A stretch of 64,000 nucleotides of DNA, taken from the IMG/VR virus record IMGVR_UViG_3300033145_003080, positions 32,001 to 96,000 of that record, one strand, 5' to 3'. Position 1 is the stretch's first letter, and each line of letters opens with the position of its first letter. The notes beneath the pieces are model-generated. The model was not told where the DNA came from. It made no database searches and saw only the letters and a list, made by a program, of their open reading frames with translations. The stretch is from a virus. Both the position numbers and the translations under genes were made by a program. Below, piece after piece: positions 37,025 to 47,439 of the stretch.

Positions 37025-37157
37025 TGGCATTACGGGAAGATGAAAATTGTTCTAATTGTAAAGATGAGGATACGGATAATGATGAATACCCATGCAATCG
37101 ATGCAATCCAGTTATTCTCAACGAATGGAACCCAAAATTGGAGGAGGGTACTGATTT

Positions 37158-37394
37158 ATGGGACATGTAGTATGGAGATCAATTCTTGCAATGTCCACAT
37201 TGATAGCAGTAATCATAATAGTATTTTTCAGCGGGTGTAGTTTCTGCCCGAGATATCGCATGGTATATTGTGATTCAATTGCGAGTATCGAACGTCTGCA
37301 TCTAGGATGCGAGATAATCGAGATTAAAGAACGGCGATTCCCGCCAAAATACAGGGTAAAAGTTTATTGCCCGGAAAGGAAGAAAAAGAAGTGA
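37158..37394 (+). CDS. small putative lipoprotein
   Basis: Hydrophobic stretch plus FSGC lipobox; GGAGG RBS. Confidence 0.55.
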   Translation: MGHVVWRSILAMSTLIAVIIIVFFSGCSFCPRYRMVYCDSIASIERLHLGCEIIEIKERRFPPKYRVKVYCPERKKKK

Positions 37395-37924
37395 AGAAAA
37401 AATTAATTACCTAATAGAAAGGGTGACAATTAAATGAAGCAGGTAAAGATATCTGTAACTCTTTATTCAAACACAAGAACCGAACAGATAAAAATGTTCC
37501 TAAGCATTGTGGCGAGCGTTGTTCCTCTTTTGTTAACTACAAAACCAAAACATGTCGGTAGAGAAGGTGGCGGCATACAGGGCAAGCATCATCGTAAAGA
37601 AGAAGCATACTGGACTGTGGAAAGAGAGGCATAATGTTATCAAGCAATTGTAAGTTGTCTTCGATACCCTATAGAAATTGAGGATCAATTATGATTTCAG
37701 TATATAAAGTAAAAGGTAGAAAGTATTGTAGTCATTGTAATGAGCCTGCGGTAATTGAGATAATGATCGAAAATGAAAAGGTTATTCAAAATGAAGCAGG
37801 ACCATGTTTCTGTGTAAAATGCAAAACCATATTAGAAGAGTGTCTCAAGCACAAGAAAATGACAACGAGACCAAATCGCGATTAGCCATTATGGCAATGA
37901 ATTATTTAAACCGAAGGAGTTGGA

Positions 37925-38353
37925 ATGAATGAAGAAAATGAAAATAGAGCACCTGATGAGCAGCCAGAAGAAATGCCTGATATATTAAAAAGCTTGTTTG
38001 GTAGTCTTATTAATAGTGGCAAGATGATTCCTATTCCGCTTAGTGCTCTCAATCCATCCACTCGTGAAAGTATATGCAGATCCTGTCCGCAACAGCAGAC
38101 AGAAGATATTGCGGAGCTTGACATGAACGAGATGGATGAATTGCGTTCTGTTGAAGCAGAAGAGGATCGTATCAATGTGGTAGTTGATAATTTAAAACTC
38201 GACATGGAACTTGTGAAAACTCGCAGGAGCATGTTGCATCTTAAATTGGAGAAAAAGCATAAACAGGTTGGTGACCAACGTCTCGCAATCCAAGAAGGTA
38301 AATTTGTAAGGAGGTTTTGTGGCAAACCGCCAAACGAAAACTGTGACAGGTAG
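37925..38353 (+). CDS. acidic coiled-coil hypothetical protein
   Basis: AGGAG RBS. Confidence 0.65.
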   Translation: MNEENENRAPDEQPEEMPDILKSLFGSLINSGKMIPIPLSALNPSTRESICRSCPQQQTEDIAELDMNEMDELRSVEAEEDRINVVVDNLKLDMELVKTRRSMLHLKLEKKHKQVGDQRLAIQEGKFVRRFCGKPPNENCDR

Positions 38354-38636
38354 AGACCTTCGGAATACTCTTGCGAAAGTGAGAGATGCATTTTTTGAAT
38401 CCGATGACGGTGAGCGATGTTGTGAAGGTACTGCTAAAGGGCAGTATCTTCGTAACAGGCTTGAGACGGCTTTTTTAGCTGGAGCTCGAACGCTGGAGGA
38501 AAAGGGGAAAGAGGCGATTGATATTTGTGATAAATTAACATGGCAGGTTGATATGGGCCAACTGTGTATGGCTGAAGCTATACTCGAAAAACATGCTAAA
38601 AAATGGAAAGAGGTGACAGGTAATGGGTCTAACTGA
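38319..38636 (+). CDS. hypothetical protein
   Basis: AGGAGG RBS. Confidence 0.65.
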   Translation: MANRQTKTVTGRDLRNTLAKVRDAFFESDDGERCCEGTAKGQYLRNRLETAFLAGARTLEEKGKEAIDICDKLTWQVDMGQLCMAEAILEKHAKKWKEVTGNGSN

Positions 38637-39063
38637 ATTACACAATCTTGTAAAGCGCTGGCGAAAACGTCGGGAAAAGCTTCGTAAAAGTAGTAAGGCT
38701 TTTGCAAAAAACAAAACCAAAGCCAACGAATATCATTCCAATATTGAGTATGGAAGATTTATGGAGATAGAGAAGTGTGCATCAGAGCTGATCAGGGTAT
38801 TGAACAGAATGGTTAAGGATGGTATGGTACATAAAGGAACAGCACAGCACAGTAAGGAACAGCTGCCTAAATATGCCAACCGCTGTCTGTTGTATTGTCA
38901 ATCATACAAAGAATATTACCATGATGGGGATAAGATCACTCCATCGTATTGTATACGGTTGAAAAGAAGCATTTTGTCTGAACATAATAACCTTGTGCAT
39001 CCCGAAGACTGTCCTGTAAATAATATAAGGATACTAGCCGGTTTGAAGGAGATAAAATCATAA
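38623..39063 (+). CDS. hypothetical protein
   Basis: Coupled ORF. Confidence 0.6.
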   Translation: MGLTELHNLVKRWRKRREKLRKSSKAFAKNKTKANEYHSNIEYGRFMEIEKCASELIRVLNRMVKDGMVHKGTAQHSKEQLPKYANRCLLYCQSYKEYYHDGDKITPSYCIRLKRSILSEHNNLVHPEDCPVNNIRILAGLKEIKS

Positions 39064-39500
39064 TGTCTTCCACAAAGGACAATTTAATTAAACTGGCAGC
39101 AGAAATACTCACCAGTCAAAAAAGAATATCTGTAGACCCTGATGATTGGAATATTCCAAAATCAGTTCCGCAATATTTTATGAGAATCCTTTTTCGAAGG
39201 ATAGCTGCTCTTGACAAAGCGCTTGTAGATTGGGCAGTTGAAATACGGAAGATTGCTGATGGAAAAGAGTCATTATCAATTCAGGGAATAAAAGAGTTGA
39301 TAGAATACGCTCAGAGTATTATTATACTCCCCAGGTCGGAGTTGCTGGCTCTTACCAAGTTCAATTGTGACCATGTAATATTCAGTGGCAATGAAGAGAT
39401 GCATTGTGATAAGAATGAGAATGATTTAAAACGTGGTGCTTGCTGTAATTCATGCTGGGTCCGGCGATGGGCCAAACAGAAATTAAAAATAAAGGATTAA
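39063..39500 (+). CDS. hypothetical protein
   Basis: Coupled ORF. Confidence 0.6.
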   Translation: MSSTKDNLIKLAAEILTSQKRISVDPDDWNIPKSVPQYFMRILFRRIAALDKALVDWAVEIRKIADGKESLSIQGIKELIEYAQSIIILPRSELLALTKFNCDHVIFSGNEEMHCDKNENDLKRGACCNSCWVRRWAKQKLKIKD

Positions 39501-39709
39501 GGAGAATTGTAATGATATACAGAATTGTAAAATGCGATATTGTTGAAGAAAAAGGTGAGCAGATAGCAGTGATAAGGGTAGAAAACGTAAACAGCCCTAA
39601 TTGGTTTGTTGAATTAAAAATATCAGCAAGTGAAGTGGTAAATCTTGTCGATCAAAAGTTTTTGGACAAAATTGCTAACAAACCACTAATACCAGCCTAA
39701 AGGATTAAC

Positions 39710-39943
39710 ATGCCTGACAATGCTGTAAGATGCAACAAGTGCGGAGTTGTATTAATTGATCCTCGAAAGAGGAAGATACGAAGTTGTTCTCATTATCCAG
39801 TTACAATGGAAAGAGATGAGCTCGGCACATATGTAATTAAGATCGGTACAAAGAATTCTGAGAACGCCTACACTTCTATTTCTGTAGACGGTTTTAATGA
39901 TTGCTTTAGAGCGGCATTGGATTGGGGTAAGAAAAATAATTAA
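39710..39943 (+). CDS. small Zn-binding hypothetical protein
   Basis: CNKCG..CSHY. Confidence 0.55.
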   Translation: MPDNAVRCNKCGVVLIDPRKRKIRSCSHYPVTMERDELGTYVIKIGTKNSENAYTSISVDGFNDCFRAALDWGKKNN

Positions 39944-39984
39944 ATGATAATAAATCTTATTAATATATGGCGAAAGGATAATGA

Positions 39985-41148
39985 TTGATGTTAAAAAGTG
40001 TATGGCTTTGGGCTACAGGATCATTGATGTCTGTATTTTTACTTATCAGATCAATGGTCCTTTATACTATACGGATACGAGGTCATCGTGCGAGCGTATT
40101 GTTTGACATGGTGAGACAAGAAGGTAGATTCTTCAAAATAAAGGAAGAATTTTGTGATGATGCTATTCCAAAAGAATTCAGGGCCATCGGATTTTTAAAG
40201 GGAATAATGTTCTATATTGATATTACAGAACGCATGCTTCAGGCAGGGTTCGCCGGTACCGACAGTATAATTAATGTCACTCTGGCCAGATGGAGAGTCA
40301 ATAAGTTTAAGAACATGATACTCACTCAGAAGATTATCAATACAGAAATCCCTATTTATATTATGCAGTCATGGGATGCTGAAAAAATTGGTGTAGTGAA
40401 AGCGCCGAAGATTTTTTATCCATCTGTGTATGGCGATGTGTACAATCAAATTGATCAATATATCCAAAATGTCATTAGTGGCCAAATGGATAAAACAGGA
40501 ACTATCCTACATGGCCCTCCCGGAAATGGCAAAAGCCTACTTGTTAAGCACTTCTCATGCAAATACAATCTTCCAATATACCTCCTATCATTAATGAGGG
40601 ATTTGGACAACCATTCTTTGATTAGAATGTTCGCTCGAGCAAAGGGGCCAGGTATTGTGTTGGTTGAAGATTTCGATACAACATATGAGGGCAGAAAATG
40701 CCTGATAGAAGAAGCAAAGTTCACGTTCGATACTTTACTTAATGTAATTGATGGTGCTTATTCAAATAATGAAAAGCTGATTTATTTCATGACGGCAAAC
40801 CACATTGATAGGATTGATTTTGCATTAAAATGCCGACCATCTCGTTTCCGAGTTGTCGTTGAGGTGCAGAATCCCAGTCAAGATGTTTGTGGTAAAATAT
40901 TGGAGAAGTATCAGAATAATGTGCATAAGACCAGTATTGTTGAGGGTGGGTATACAATGGATATTGTTATGTTTGCTAAAGAAATGCTTGACCATGGCCA
41001 CTCATTCTCTGATGTATGCAATAAGTTCATTCCTCAGTTTCAGGAAAGTAGTGAAGGGATAAGGAAAGATGCCGTTGAACAGCTTAGAAAGAAGAACGAA
41101 AAGCCTTCTGAGCCTCAAGCAGCAGTACCTGCGGTTACTGCATCATGA
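39985..41148 (+). CDS. membrane-anchored AAA+ ATPase (BCS1-like)
   Basis: LHGPPGNGKS, VLVEDFD, LLNVIDG, MTANH, ALKCRPSRF; N-terminal TM. Confidence 0.88.
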   Translation: MMLKSVWLWATGSLMSVFLLIRSMVLYTIRIRGHRASVLFDMVRQEGRFFKIKEEFCDDAIPKEFRAIGFLKGIMFYIDITERMLQAGFAGTDSIINVTLARWRVNKFKNMILTQKIINTEIPIYIMQSWDAEKIGVVKAPKIFYPSVYGDVYNQIDQYIQNVISGQMDKTGTILHGPPGNGKSLLVKHFSCKYNLPIYLLSLMRDLDNHSLIRMFARAKGPGIVLVEDFDTTYEGRKCLIEEAKFTFDTLLNVIDGAYSNNEKLIYFMTANHIDRIDFALKCRPSRFRVVVEVQNPSQDVCGKILEKYQNNVHKTSIVEGGYTMDIVMFAKEMLDHGHSFSDVCNKFIPQFQESSEGIRKDAVEQLRKKNEKPSEPQAAVPAVTAS

Positions 41149-41468
41149 AGGGAAAAATAAAGCAATTAAGAAAGAAGTATTTAGGTAAATTCTTTGTTCA
41201 TCATAATTCTGCCGGAAGTATTTCAATATGCCATGTGGTAAAGGTTTATTATTCTGCCGGCACATATTTTGTTCAGACAAAAGGGTTATATATGAATAAT
41301 GAATTTAATCAGAGAAAGGTTGGTACATCTGACAGCATATACCATCTTGAGGCTTTTGCTTTGAAGTTTAAAATATTGCGAGAAAGGGAGTGGGCCAACA
41401 AGATGGTTGATCAAGCTGTTGAGGATGTGAAATGTTTCTTAGACACAGAGACGGGCTATTGTCAATAA
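41145..41468 (+). CDS. hypothetical protein (paralog of 41499..41828)
   Basis: LRKKYLGKFF...EWANKMV. Confidence 0.65.
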   Translation: MKGKIKQLRKKYLGKFFVHHNSAGSISICHVVKVYYSAGTYFVQTKGLYMNNEFNQRKVGTSDSIYHLEAFALKFKILREREWANKMVDQAVEDVKCFLDTETGYCQ

Positions 41469-41498
41469 GGAGATCAGATATGGAAAAAAGAAAGATTA

Positions 41499-41828
41499 AT
41501 GAGTTGCGCGAGAGGTTTCAACACCGTGATTGATTGTCTAAGAAGAAAGTTTGTTAACAAGTTCTTTTTTAGGAAAACGGGGTATAAAGCATATTCAGCA
41601 GCCTATGTAATAGCCATTATTTACGAGAAAAACGATTATGTGATTAAATGCATTACGATCGACGTTGATGATGAGTTTGAAGAGATCAAAATTGTAAAAA
41701 ATGTGACTATAGATATGAGTGTATTTATTGTCACCTTCAAAGAAAGAGGGAAGAAGTGGGCTGAAGGGTTTATGGAAAGCACTCTTGAGCAAATAAAGGA
41801 ATTCGGGAAAGGACAGATTGATGTTTAA
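41499..41828 (+). CDS. hypothetical protein (paralog of 41145..41468)
   Basis: LRRKFVNKFF...KWAEGFM. Confidence 0.65.
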   Translation: MSCARGFNTVIDCLRRKFVNKFFFRKTGYKAYSAAYVIAIIYEKNDYVIKCITIDVDDEFEEIKIVKNVTIDMSVFIVTFKERGKKWAEGFMESTLEQIKEFGKGQIDV

Positions 41829-41966
41829 TTCTATTTTAGTAAGTATAGTTGGCCTTATTTTGGTAATAACACTAGCCTGTGTCGGCTTAGTGCTTATTAA
41901 AATAAACGAGACATTGGCCAAAATAGAAATTGCAATTAATAATCACAAAGGAGGTCCGGTACTATA

Positions 41967-44030
41967 ATGGATTTAGGTCGTGATGTAGATTTGCATGAAT
42001 TTGCTGAATACATTAAAGACCTGTCGGGACAAATAGGATTTAAAGTCTCGGCGAGAGGATGGGCTTATTTATTGGAAACCAGACGGTTGGTAAATAAGGA
42101 CCAGTTCGACAGAGTAAACTCATTGATTAATCAGTGTAGAAAGAAAGGGCTTTTGCCCATTAATTTTGTTGCTGAAGACAGCGCAAGAATGTTTCAGGGT
42201 GTTGATGTACCAAGTAAAGTTGATGTCGTAACCGACCTTGGTGAATGGCTGAAATCAGCCAGCAATACCGCAGAGTATTATGATCTCGACTGGTGGGATG
42301 GTGAGGAGTACTACATACAAATGGTAGTGGAGAAGGTCGATTTGGTAACACTGTTTTCTCCCATATGCCGTGAATATCATATTCCCATTGCAAACTGTTT
42401 TGATGACAAAACAGAAATATTAACCGATAAAGGTTGGATTAAATTTGATGACATTGATTATACATACAATGCAGCATCAAAAGATGGAAATGGCGATCTG
42501 ATATATACACCAATATTGAATATAACAAAGCAAAAATATAATGGTGATATGTATCATATACAGAATAGGGGTACCGATCAATGTGTTACGCCAAATCACA
42601 ATTCGTATATAGCACGGCAAAGAAACAAGAAAGACTATGTAGTATTTGAATTATGTGACACAAAATCTGTTGTTCATTTACAAAATTTGAGATTTTCAAA
42701 GAAAATCAATTTTAATGGTCCTATTGTTGATAAATTTCATTTACCAATTCATAATAATTCAAATGGAAACAATACGATTAAAAAACATTTTAATATGAAT
42801 GATTGGTTAAAGTTTCTTGGTTATTATTTATCAGAAGGGAGTTGTTTAAAAAAAGATAGAAATCAATCATATATTGTTAGAATTTATCAGAAGAAATCTG
42901 TTCATCCAGGTGTGTATAATGATATTAAAAATTGTTGTAAATCTCTTGGTTATAATTTTTACGAAAATGATTGTTTTATTGAGATAAGCAATAAGCAATT
43001 GTATAACTATTTATCAATATTTGGCGATCATTGTTCAAAATTTATACCAAGGGAATTTCTTAATCTGCATAAAAAACAACTAAAGATATTATTAGATTCT
43101 CTTGTTGCTGGTGATGGGCATGTGAGGGGTAGTGATAGTATGTCGTATGCATCTACGTCTAAAGATCTTGCTGATGATGTTCAGGAGCTTGCATTAAAAG
43201 CAGGGTATTTTGCTTCGATGTCGACTAGGACAAAAGATGAGCTTAATAATAGTATTATAAATGGTAGAACTATTTCATATACTGGCAATCTGTATATAGT
43301 TAATATTTGCAAATCAAGAAATTATTTTCGTATAAATCATGGGAAAAAAGATTGGCAAAAAATTAATTATAATGGATACGTTCATTGTGTTGAGGTCGAA
43401 ACTGGTTTAGTATATGTAAGAAGGAATGGAAAACCGGTTTGGTCTGGCAACTCTAAAGGATGGAGTTCAATGTTACAGAGGGCAGAGTATGCCCGCAGGT
43501 TCGCACTTGCAGAAAGACAAGGGCTCAAATGTGTCTTACTTTACATGGGTGATCACGATCCTGATGGTTTACGGATTTCCGACTTTATCAGAAAGAATCT
43601 GGTTGATATCCAAGATGTTAAATGGTCAGATGGTCTTCCGGGGTATAAACCATACAAGTTAATAATTGAAAGGTTCGGATTGAACTTTGATTTTATCGAG
43701 CAAAACAATCTAACATGGATCGATAATTTAATTACCGGTTCAGGAAAGAATCTGGCGTCACCCAGTCACCGCAATTTCAATATGGAGTATGTTCAACAGT
43801 ATTTGAGTGAAATAGGTGAGCGCAAATGTGAAGCTAATGCTGTTGTGACAATGCCTGATTCAGCGAGGGATCTGATTAGGAAAACCATAGAGGGATATCT
43901 TGGTGAGGATGCACTTGATCGTTTTGAGGAAAGGCGTCAGGCTATCAGGGATGAACTTGATGCATATCTTGATAACTCTGGTGTTGGCGACAAGCTCGAT
44001 GGTATTATTGACGAAATAGACGAACGATAA
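41967..44030 (+). CDS. Topo VI-A/Spo11-like TOPRIM nuclease, intein-containing
   Basis: SARGWAY (winged-helix Tyr), VVEK, (intein), KGW, MGDHDPDG, CEANA. Confidence 0.8.
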   Translation: MDLGRDVDLHEFAEYIKDLSGQIGFKVSARGWAYLLETRRLVNKDQFDRVNSLINQCRKKGLLPINFVAEDSARMFQGVDVPSKVDVVTDLGEWLKSASNTAEYYDLDWWDGEEYYIQMVVEKVDLVTLFSPICREYHIPIANCFDDKTEILTDKGWIKFDDIDYTYNAASKDGNGDLIYTPILNITKQKYNGDMYHIQNRGTDQCVTPNHNSYIARQRNKKDYVVFELCDTKSVVHLQNLRFSKKINFNGPIVDKFHLPIHNNSNGNNTIKKHFNMNDWLKFLGYYLSEGSCLKKDRNQSYIVRIYQKKSVHPGVYNDIKNCCKSLGYNFYENDCFIEISNKQLYNYLSIFGDHCSKFIPREFLNLHKKQLKILLDSLVAGDGHVRGSDSMSYASTSKDLADDVQELALKAGYFASMSTRTKDELNNSIINGRTISYTGNLYIVNICKSRNYFRINHGKKDWQKINYNGYVHCVEVETGLVYVRRNGKPVWSGNSKGWSSMLQRAEYARRFALAERQGLKCVLLYMGDHDPDGLRISDFIRKNLVDIQDVKWSDGLPGYKPYKLIIERFGLNFDFIEQNNLTWIDNLITGSGKNLASPSHRNFNMEYVQQYLSEIGERKCEANAVVTMPDSARDLIRKTIEGYLGEDALDRFEERRQAIRDELDAYLDNSGVGDKLDGIIDEIDER
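42396..43451 (+). mobile_element. intein (352 aa) with LAGLIDADG homing endonuclease
   Basis: CFDDKTEILT start, VTPNH block B, FLGYYLSEG and LLDSLVAGDG, ends VWSGN followed by Ser+1. Confidence 0.93.
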
Positions 44031-44282
44031 ACTTGTGAGGAGAGATTGTGCTGTTTACAAAAATTATTAAATCCAATAGGATAAAGAATGGCATGGAAGC
44101 GATCCATGCCCCGATTTCAACTGCAAGGAACTACCCGGGCATCGTATATGGTGTCTGGGCGGAACCTGGCAGCCATGTAGAGTGGTACAAAACCTTTCTT
44201 CCTAATGGAAAATTTGCCATCACCGGATACAAGATACATTCCCCAATTAAAAACCTGGCTTGTTAAAATTTTAACTATTTTA

Positions 44283-44311
44283 TTGATTATATATAGAAGG
44301 GGTGCTATAAT
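44283..44311 (+). promoter_or_regulatory. sigma70-type promoter
   Basis: TTGATT-N17-TATAAT with TG extension. Confidence 0.7.
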
Positions 44312-44411
44312 TATAGCGAACGAGAAGGTTATACCGTTTCAAGTTTTTCAGGCGCATATGATTGATACCTTTGCGTGATGAACTTGACTTTGCGTTCTAA
44401 GGGAGGCGAGA

Positions 44412-44585
44412 ATGGATAAGTCAAGAATGAAAAGATTCATGAGCGATCAGGCGGAAGAAATAAAGAAATATAAACGCAAAAGGGACAAGGAGGCTGGTAA
44501 AGACCTTGGTGATGTACCGATATATGAATGGATTGAAGGTCAAGGTGCAGAGTTCAGGAGAAAGTGGATAAAGCGTAATAGTTAA
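44412..44585 (+). CDS. 57-aa protein, DUF4032-C-terminus-like
   Basis: QAEEIKKYK..EAGKDLG..EWI..GAEFRRKW; GGGAGG RBS. Confidence 0.55.
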   Translation: MDKSRMKRFMSDQAEEIKKYKRKRDKEAGKDLGDVPIYEWIEGQGAEFRRKWIKRNS

Positions 44586-44618
44586 AAAAAAGAGGGTTGG
44601 GATTGCCTCTTTTTTTTA
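44584..44618. terminator. bidirectional terminator at convergence point
   Basis: AAAAAAAGAGG..CCTCTTTTTTT. Confidence 0.7.
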
Positions 44619-44622
44619 GCTA

Positions 44623-44949
44623 TTACTTCTCGCTGTCAACATAAGGCAGACCTGGCTTCTCATGAAATTCATACCATATTGATGGAACTATATTGCTATC
44701 TTTATCCTTTTTAATAGCAATGGCTTTCTCCATATACAAAATAGCGTTAGGTCCCATTGCACCCCTGCACGATTGTCCATCCTCAGAGTTTCTCAGTTTA
44801 TGAATATTAACCTGAACATCGGCGTTCTCTGCGCCAAACTCATGCTCCTGAATTTCAATTCCAATTGCATACTGCTGATTGTTGGCAGTTTTGATGTTTA
44901 GAGATAGCACCCTGTCGTCTTTTTCTATTAAAACAATATCTTTATGCAT
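44623..44949 (-). CDS. hypothetical protein
   Basis: AGGAG RBS. Confidence 0.6.
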   Translation of the reverse strand: MHKDIVLIEKDDRVLSLNIKTANNQQYAIGIEIQEHEFGAENADVQVNIHKLRNSEDGQSCRGAMGPNAILYMEKAIAIKKDKDSNIVPSIWYEFHEKPGLPYVDSEK

Positions 44950-45063
44950 ACCGTCTCCTATATACCTACAGGTTCATATCATCATAAGCCCATTCATCTT
45001 CTGTGGGATATAGAACCACAGCAATAACGATCCCAATGATCGTTAGAATGAGTGTCAGGATCG

Positions 45064-45267
45064 CTATTCTTTTGAGCAATTGGATCCTCCTTTCTTCCAT
45101 ATATCACGAAAAATATTATGATTTTTTAAAGCAATTAATATAATGGCGTAAAAAAAGAGACATATCCCCAGATACACAAAATCGCCCTTCATCGCATGTA
45201 AAACCGCCTTAATCAGCGTCAAACAAAACCCAAAAGCAAAAAGAGCAATCGCAATTATTGGTATCAT
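45064..45267 (-). CDS. small two-TM membrane protein
   Basis: Hydrophobic ORF. Confidence 0.55.
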   Translation of the reverse strand: MIPIIAIALFAFGFCLTLIKAVLHAMKGDFVYLGICLFFYAIILIALKNHNIFRDIWKKGGSNCSKE

Positions 45268-45818
45268 TTAATCCTCCTTATACCCATGATACAATATCCA
45301 GGCGGCATTCCAATATCCACAAGGCCCTCAAACATGTACGTAACCCTCATCGACACAGAGCGCCCGGTGTATGTCTTATTTGTAACACGCCATTCATTCA
45401 GAACGAGTATGTCGCCAACCTGAAAATCACGATCGTTTTTCCTGAAATCAAACAGTTTTCTTTCTTCAAGAATATCTTGATAAAGTGGTATCCATGTCTT
45501 TAGCTGATGCTTTTTCGCATTAAAACGAACTTCCACTTCCTTTTCTTCTTTTTCTGTCTGAAGTTTACAACCTTCTTCCAGAACAAACGGCAGGCATGGC
45601 CAGCATGTTTTGCCAAAATGTCTACATCTAAAGCAATAGTGATCAATACTTTGCGCATTTTCGTTTTCATAATTGCGAATACGAACTTGCAACTTTTCCC
45701 ACACCTTATCAAGTGACAATCCGATTGGTTTTTCCGATTTCAGTTGTCTTATCAGCTCATCAACCATTATATCAGGATCGCTACTGTCAAAGCCGCCTAA
45801 TACGTATTTTTTATTCAT
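45264..45818 (-). CDS. DUF3850/ASCH-domain protein
   Basis: HQLKTW..K.FDFRKNDRDFQVGDILVLNEW..YTGR. Confidence 0.85.
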   Translation of the reverse strand: MNKKYVLGGFDSSDPDIMVDELIRQLKSEKPIGLSLDKVWEKLQVRIRNYENENAQSIDHYCFRCRHFGKTCWPCLPFVLEEGCKLQTEKEEKEVEVRFNAKKHQLKTWIPLYQDILEERKLFDFRKNDRDFQVGDILVLNEWRVTNKTYTGRSVSMRVTYMFEGLVDIGMPPGYCIMGIRRIK

Positions 45819-45887
45819 AATTAAATTACCCTCTTTCGTTCTATAAATGAAAAAATCTTTGGCTTTTAAAAAGAATAGTACAAATAG

Positions 45888-47180
45888 TTAATTAGCATCC
45901 TGTAATAACCGAATAGGAAGCCCCCACCTTTTACCAATCCCACACTTGATAAAACCGGCCGAATTAAAAGCAAGTTCACGGCAATATGCAGATTGTGTAT
46001 TGTAGCTTGTGGAACTCCACCAATAACAAAACAATCCAAAACCATAAGATTGGCCATTCGCATCATAACAATAGCCGGTTGGTAGGCCTGAAAACCCACT
46101 CTTATTATTTTTTGACAAATCCATACCAACTGTACCAATACCGGTATCAGGCTCTTTCCAATCTATGTTAGCGGCTAATGATTTTGCTGTCTTATTACCT
46201 TCTGTCGTCCCATCCCAATTAAATCCATTGGCAATTAAGTAATTCTGCAAGGTATCCCATTCTCCATTGGTCGAAATGTGCCAACCTGTCGGGGCAAGCT
46301 TTCCAGTATTTACAGCATGCCAATTGTATAAAGCTCCGTATTTCTCTATACTATCAACATTGGTCGTATTATTATAATAACAACACCCGGGCGTAGTAAG
46401 GGTTGACCATGTAGTATCATTTGTTATTAATGGTATTGTTGAACCATCGTTATATTTCGTTGTACGTAAATTTTCTATTGTCCATGTTTGCGATCCTATT
46501 TTTATCGTATGATATACATTCCCATCTATATCTACTATCGTACCAGGGTGAGTTATCAGTTTTATTTCTATACCATTAGTGTCTAAATTTGTTATGACCA
46601 TTTGGTAATCCAAATATCCATTTTTAGTCACTTTTATAACATCGCCAGTTGGGATACGGCTATTTGACAGGCTCGATGGTATTGTGGTTGTTAAGTCGCC
46701 TGTGCTTATTATTGTACCAACTGACACATTACCAATAGAATGGTTCTTTAATACAAATTTATTATTACCGATTTTAATATGATAAAAATAAATACCAGCT
46801 CCAACATTAGGCAGCGCTATTGAATGTATTCCAGCATCAATAGTCTTTCTTATTTCAGAAACAACCTTTCCTTGAAGAGTGTAAGCAGCACCTTCTATTA
46901 ATGATTTTTTTTGAACATTTACACATAAAAAACCGTTAAGTATTCTTATAGCGCGTATGTAAGGCTGAGATTGCTTTTGGTCGATTATTTCAACAGCATC
47001 GACAAGTAAAAACTCTCCATTTGTTTCTGTTGTATCGCTTATTCCAACATTTTCTAATATTACATTAGCCCCGATTACAGGCATGCCGTTAATATTCGTT
47101 ACTGTACCACTGATATTAACAGCTTGAATGGTACATAGTGATATGAATATCAATTCTGCTAACAATATTTTAATAGTCAT
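45888..47180 (-). CDS. FISUMP (Fibrobacter succinogenes major paralogous domain) exported protein
   Basis: Signal peptide, Ig-like ISGTVTN, T9SS-sorting-like YTLQGK..GAGIYFY, DIDGNVYHTIKIGSQTW..NL, YGALYNW, PTGWHI, SGFSGLPTG. Confidence 0.88.
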   Translation of the reverse strand: MTIKILLAELIFISLCTIQAVNISGTVTNINGMPVIGANVILENVGISDTTETNGEFLLVDAVEIIDQKQSQPYIRAIRILNGFLCVNVQKKSLIEGAAYTLQGKVVSEIRKTIDAGIHSIALPNVGAGIYFYHIKIGNNKFVLKNHSIGNVSVGTIISTGDLTTTIPSSLSNSRIPTGDVIKVTKNGYLDYQMVITNLDTNGIEIKLITHPGTIVDIDGNVYHTIKIGSQTWTIENLRTTKYNDGSTIPLITNDTTWSTLTTPGCCYYNNTTNVDSIEKYGALYNWHAVNTGKLAPTGWHISTNGEWDTLQNYLIANGFNWDGTTEGNKTAKSLAANIDWKEPDTGIGTVGMDLSKNNKSGFSGLPTGYCYDANGQSYGFGLFCYWWSSTSYNTQSAYCRELAFNSAGFIKCGIGKRWGLPIRLLQDAN

Positions 47181-47439
47181 AATATCCTCCTTAAATAATA
47201 AAAGCAACGGATTTTTATCAGCTGCTTACTATCCAATCTTCCTTATTCCCATGATACAATACCGCATATCTCCAAATCTTCAAAAGGCCAAATAGAATAA
47301 CCGTTTACAGGAGCTGTCGAGATTAGATCAAGATTAGTGCTTGAGGCATTCCCTTCCGCAGTTGATGCATTCATTACAATTGTAACACAGATACAACTCC
47401 TCACAAAATTTCTCCATATCACTTTCGAACCATGGCATT

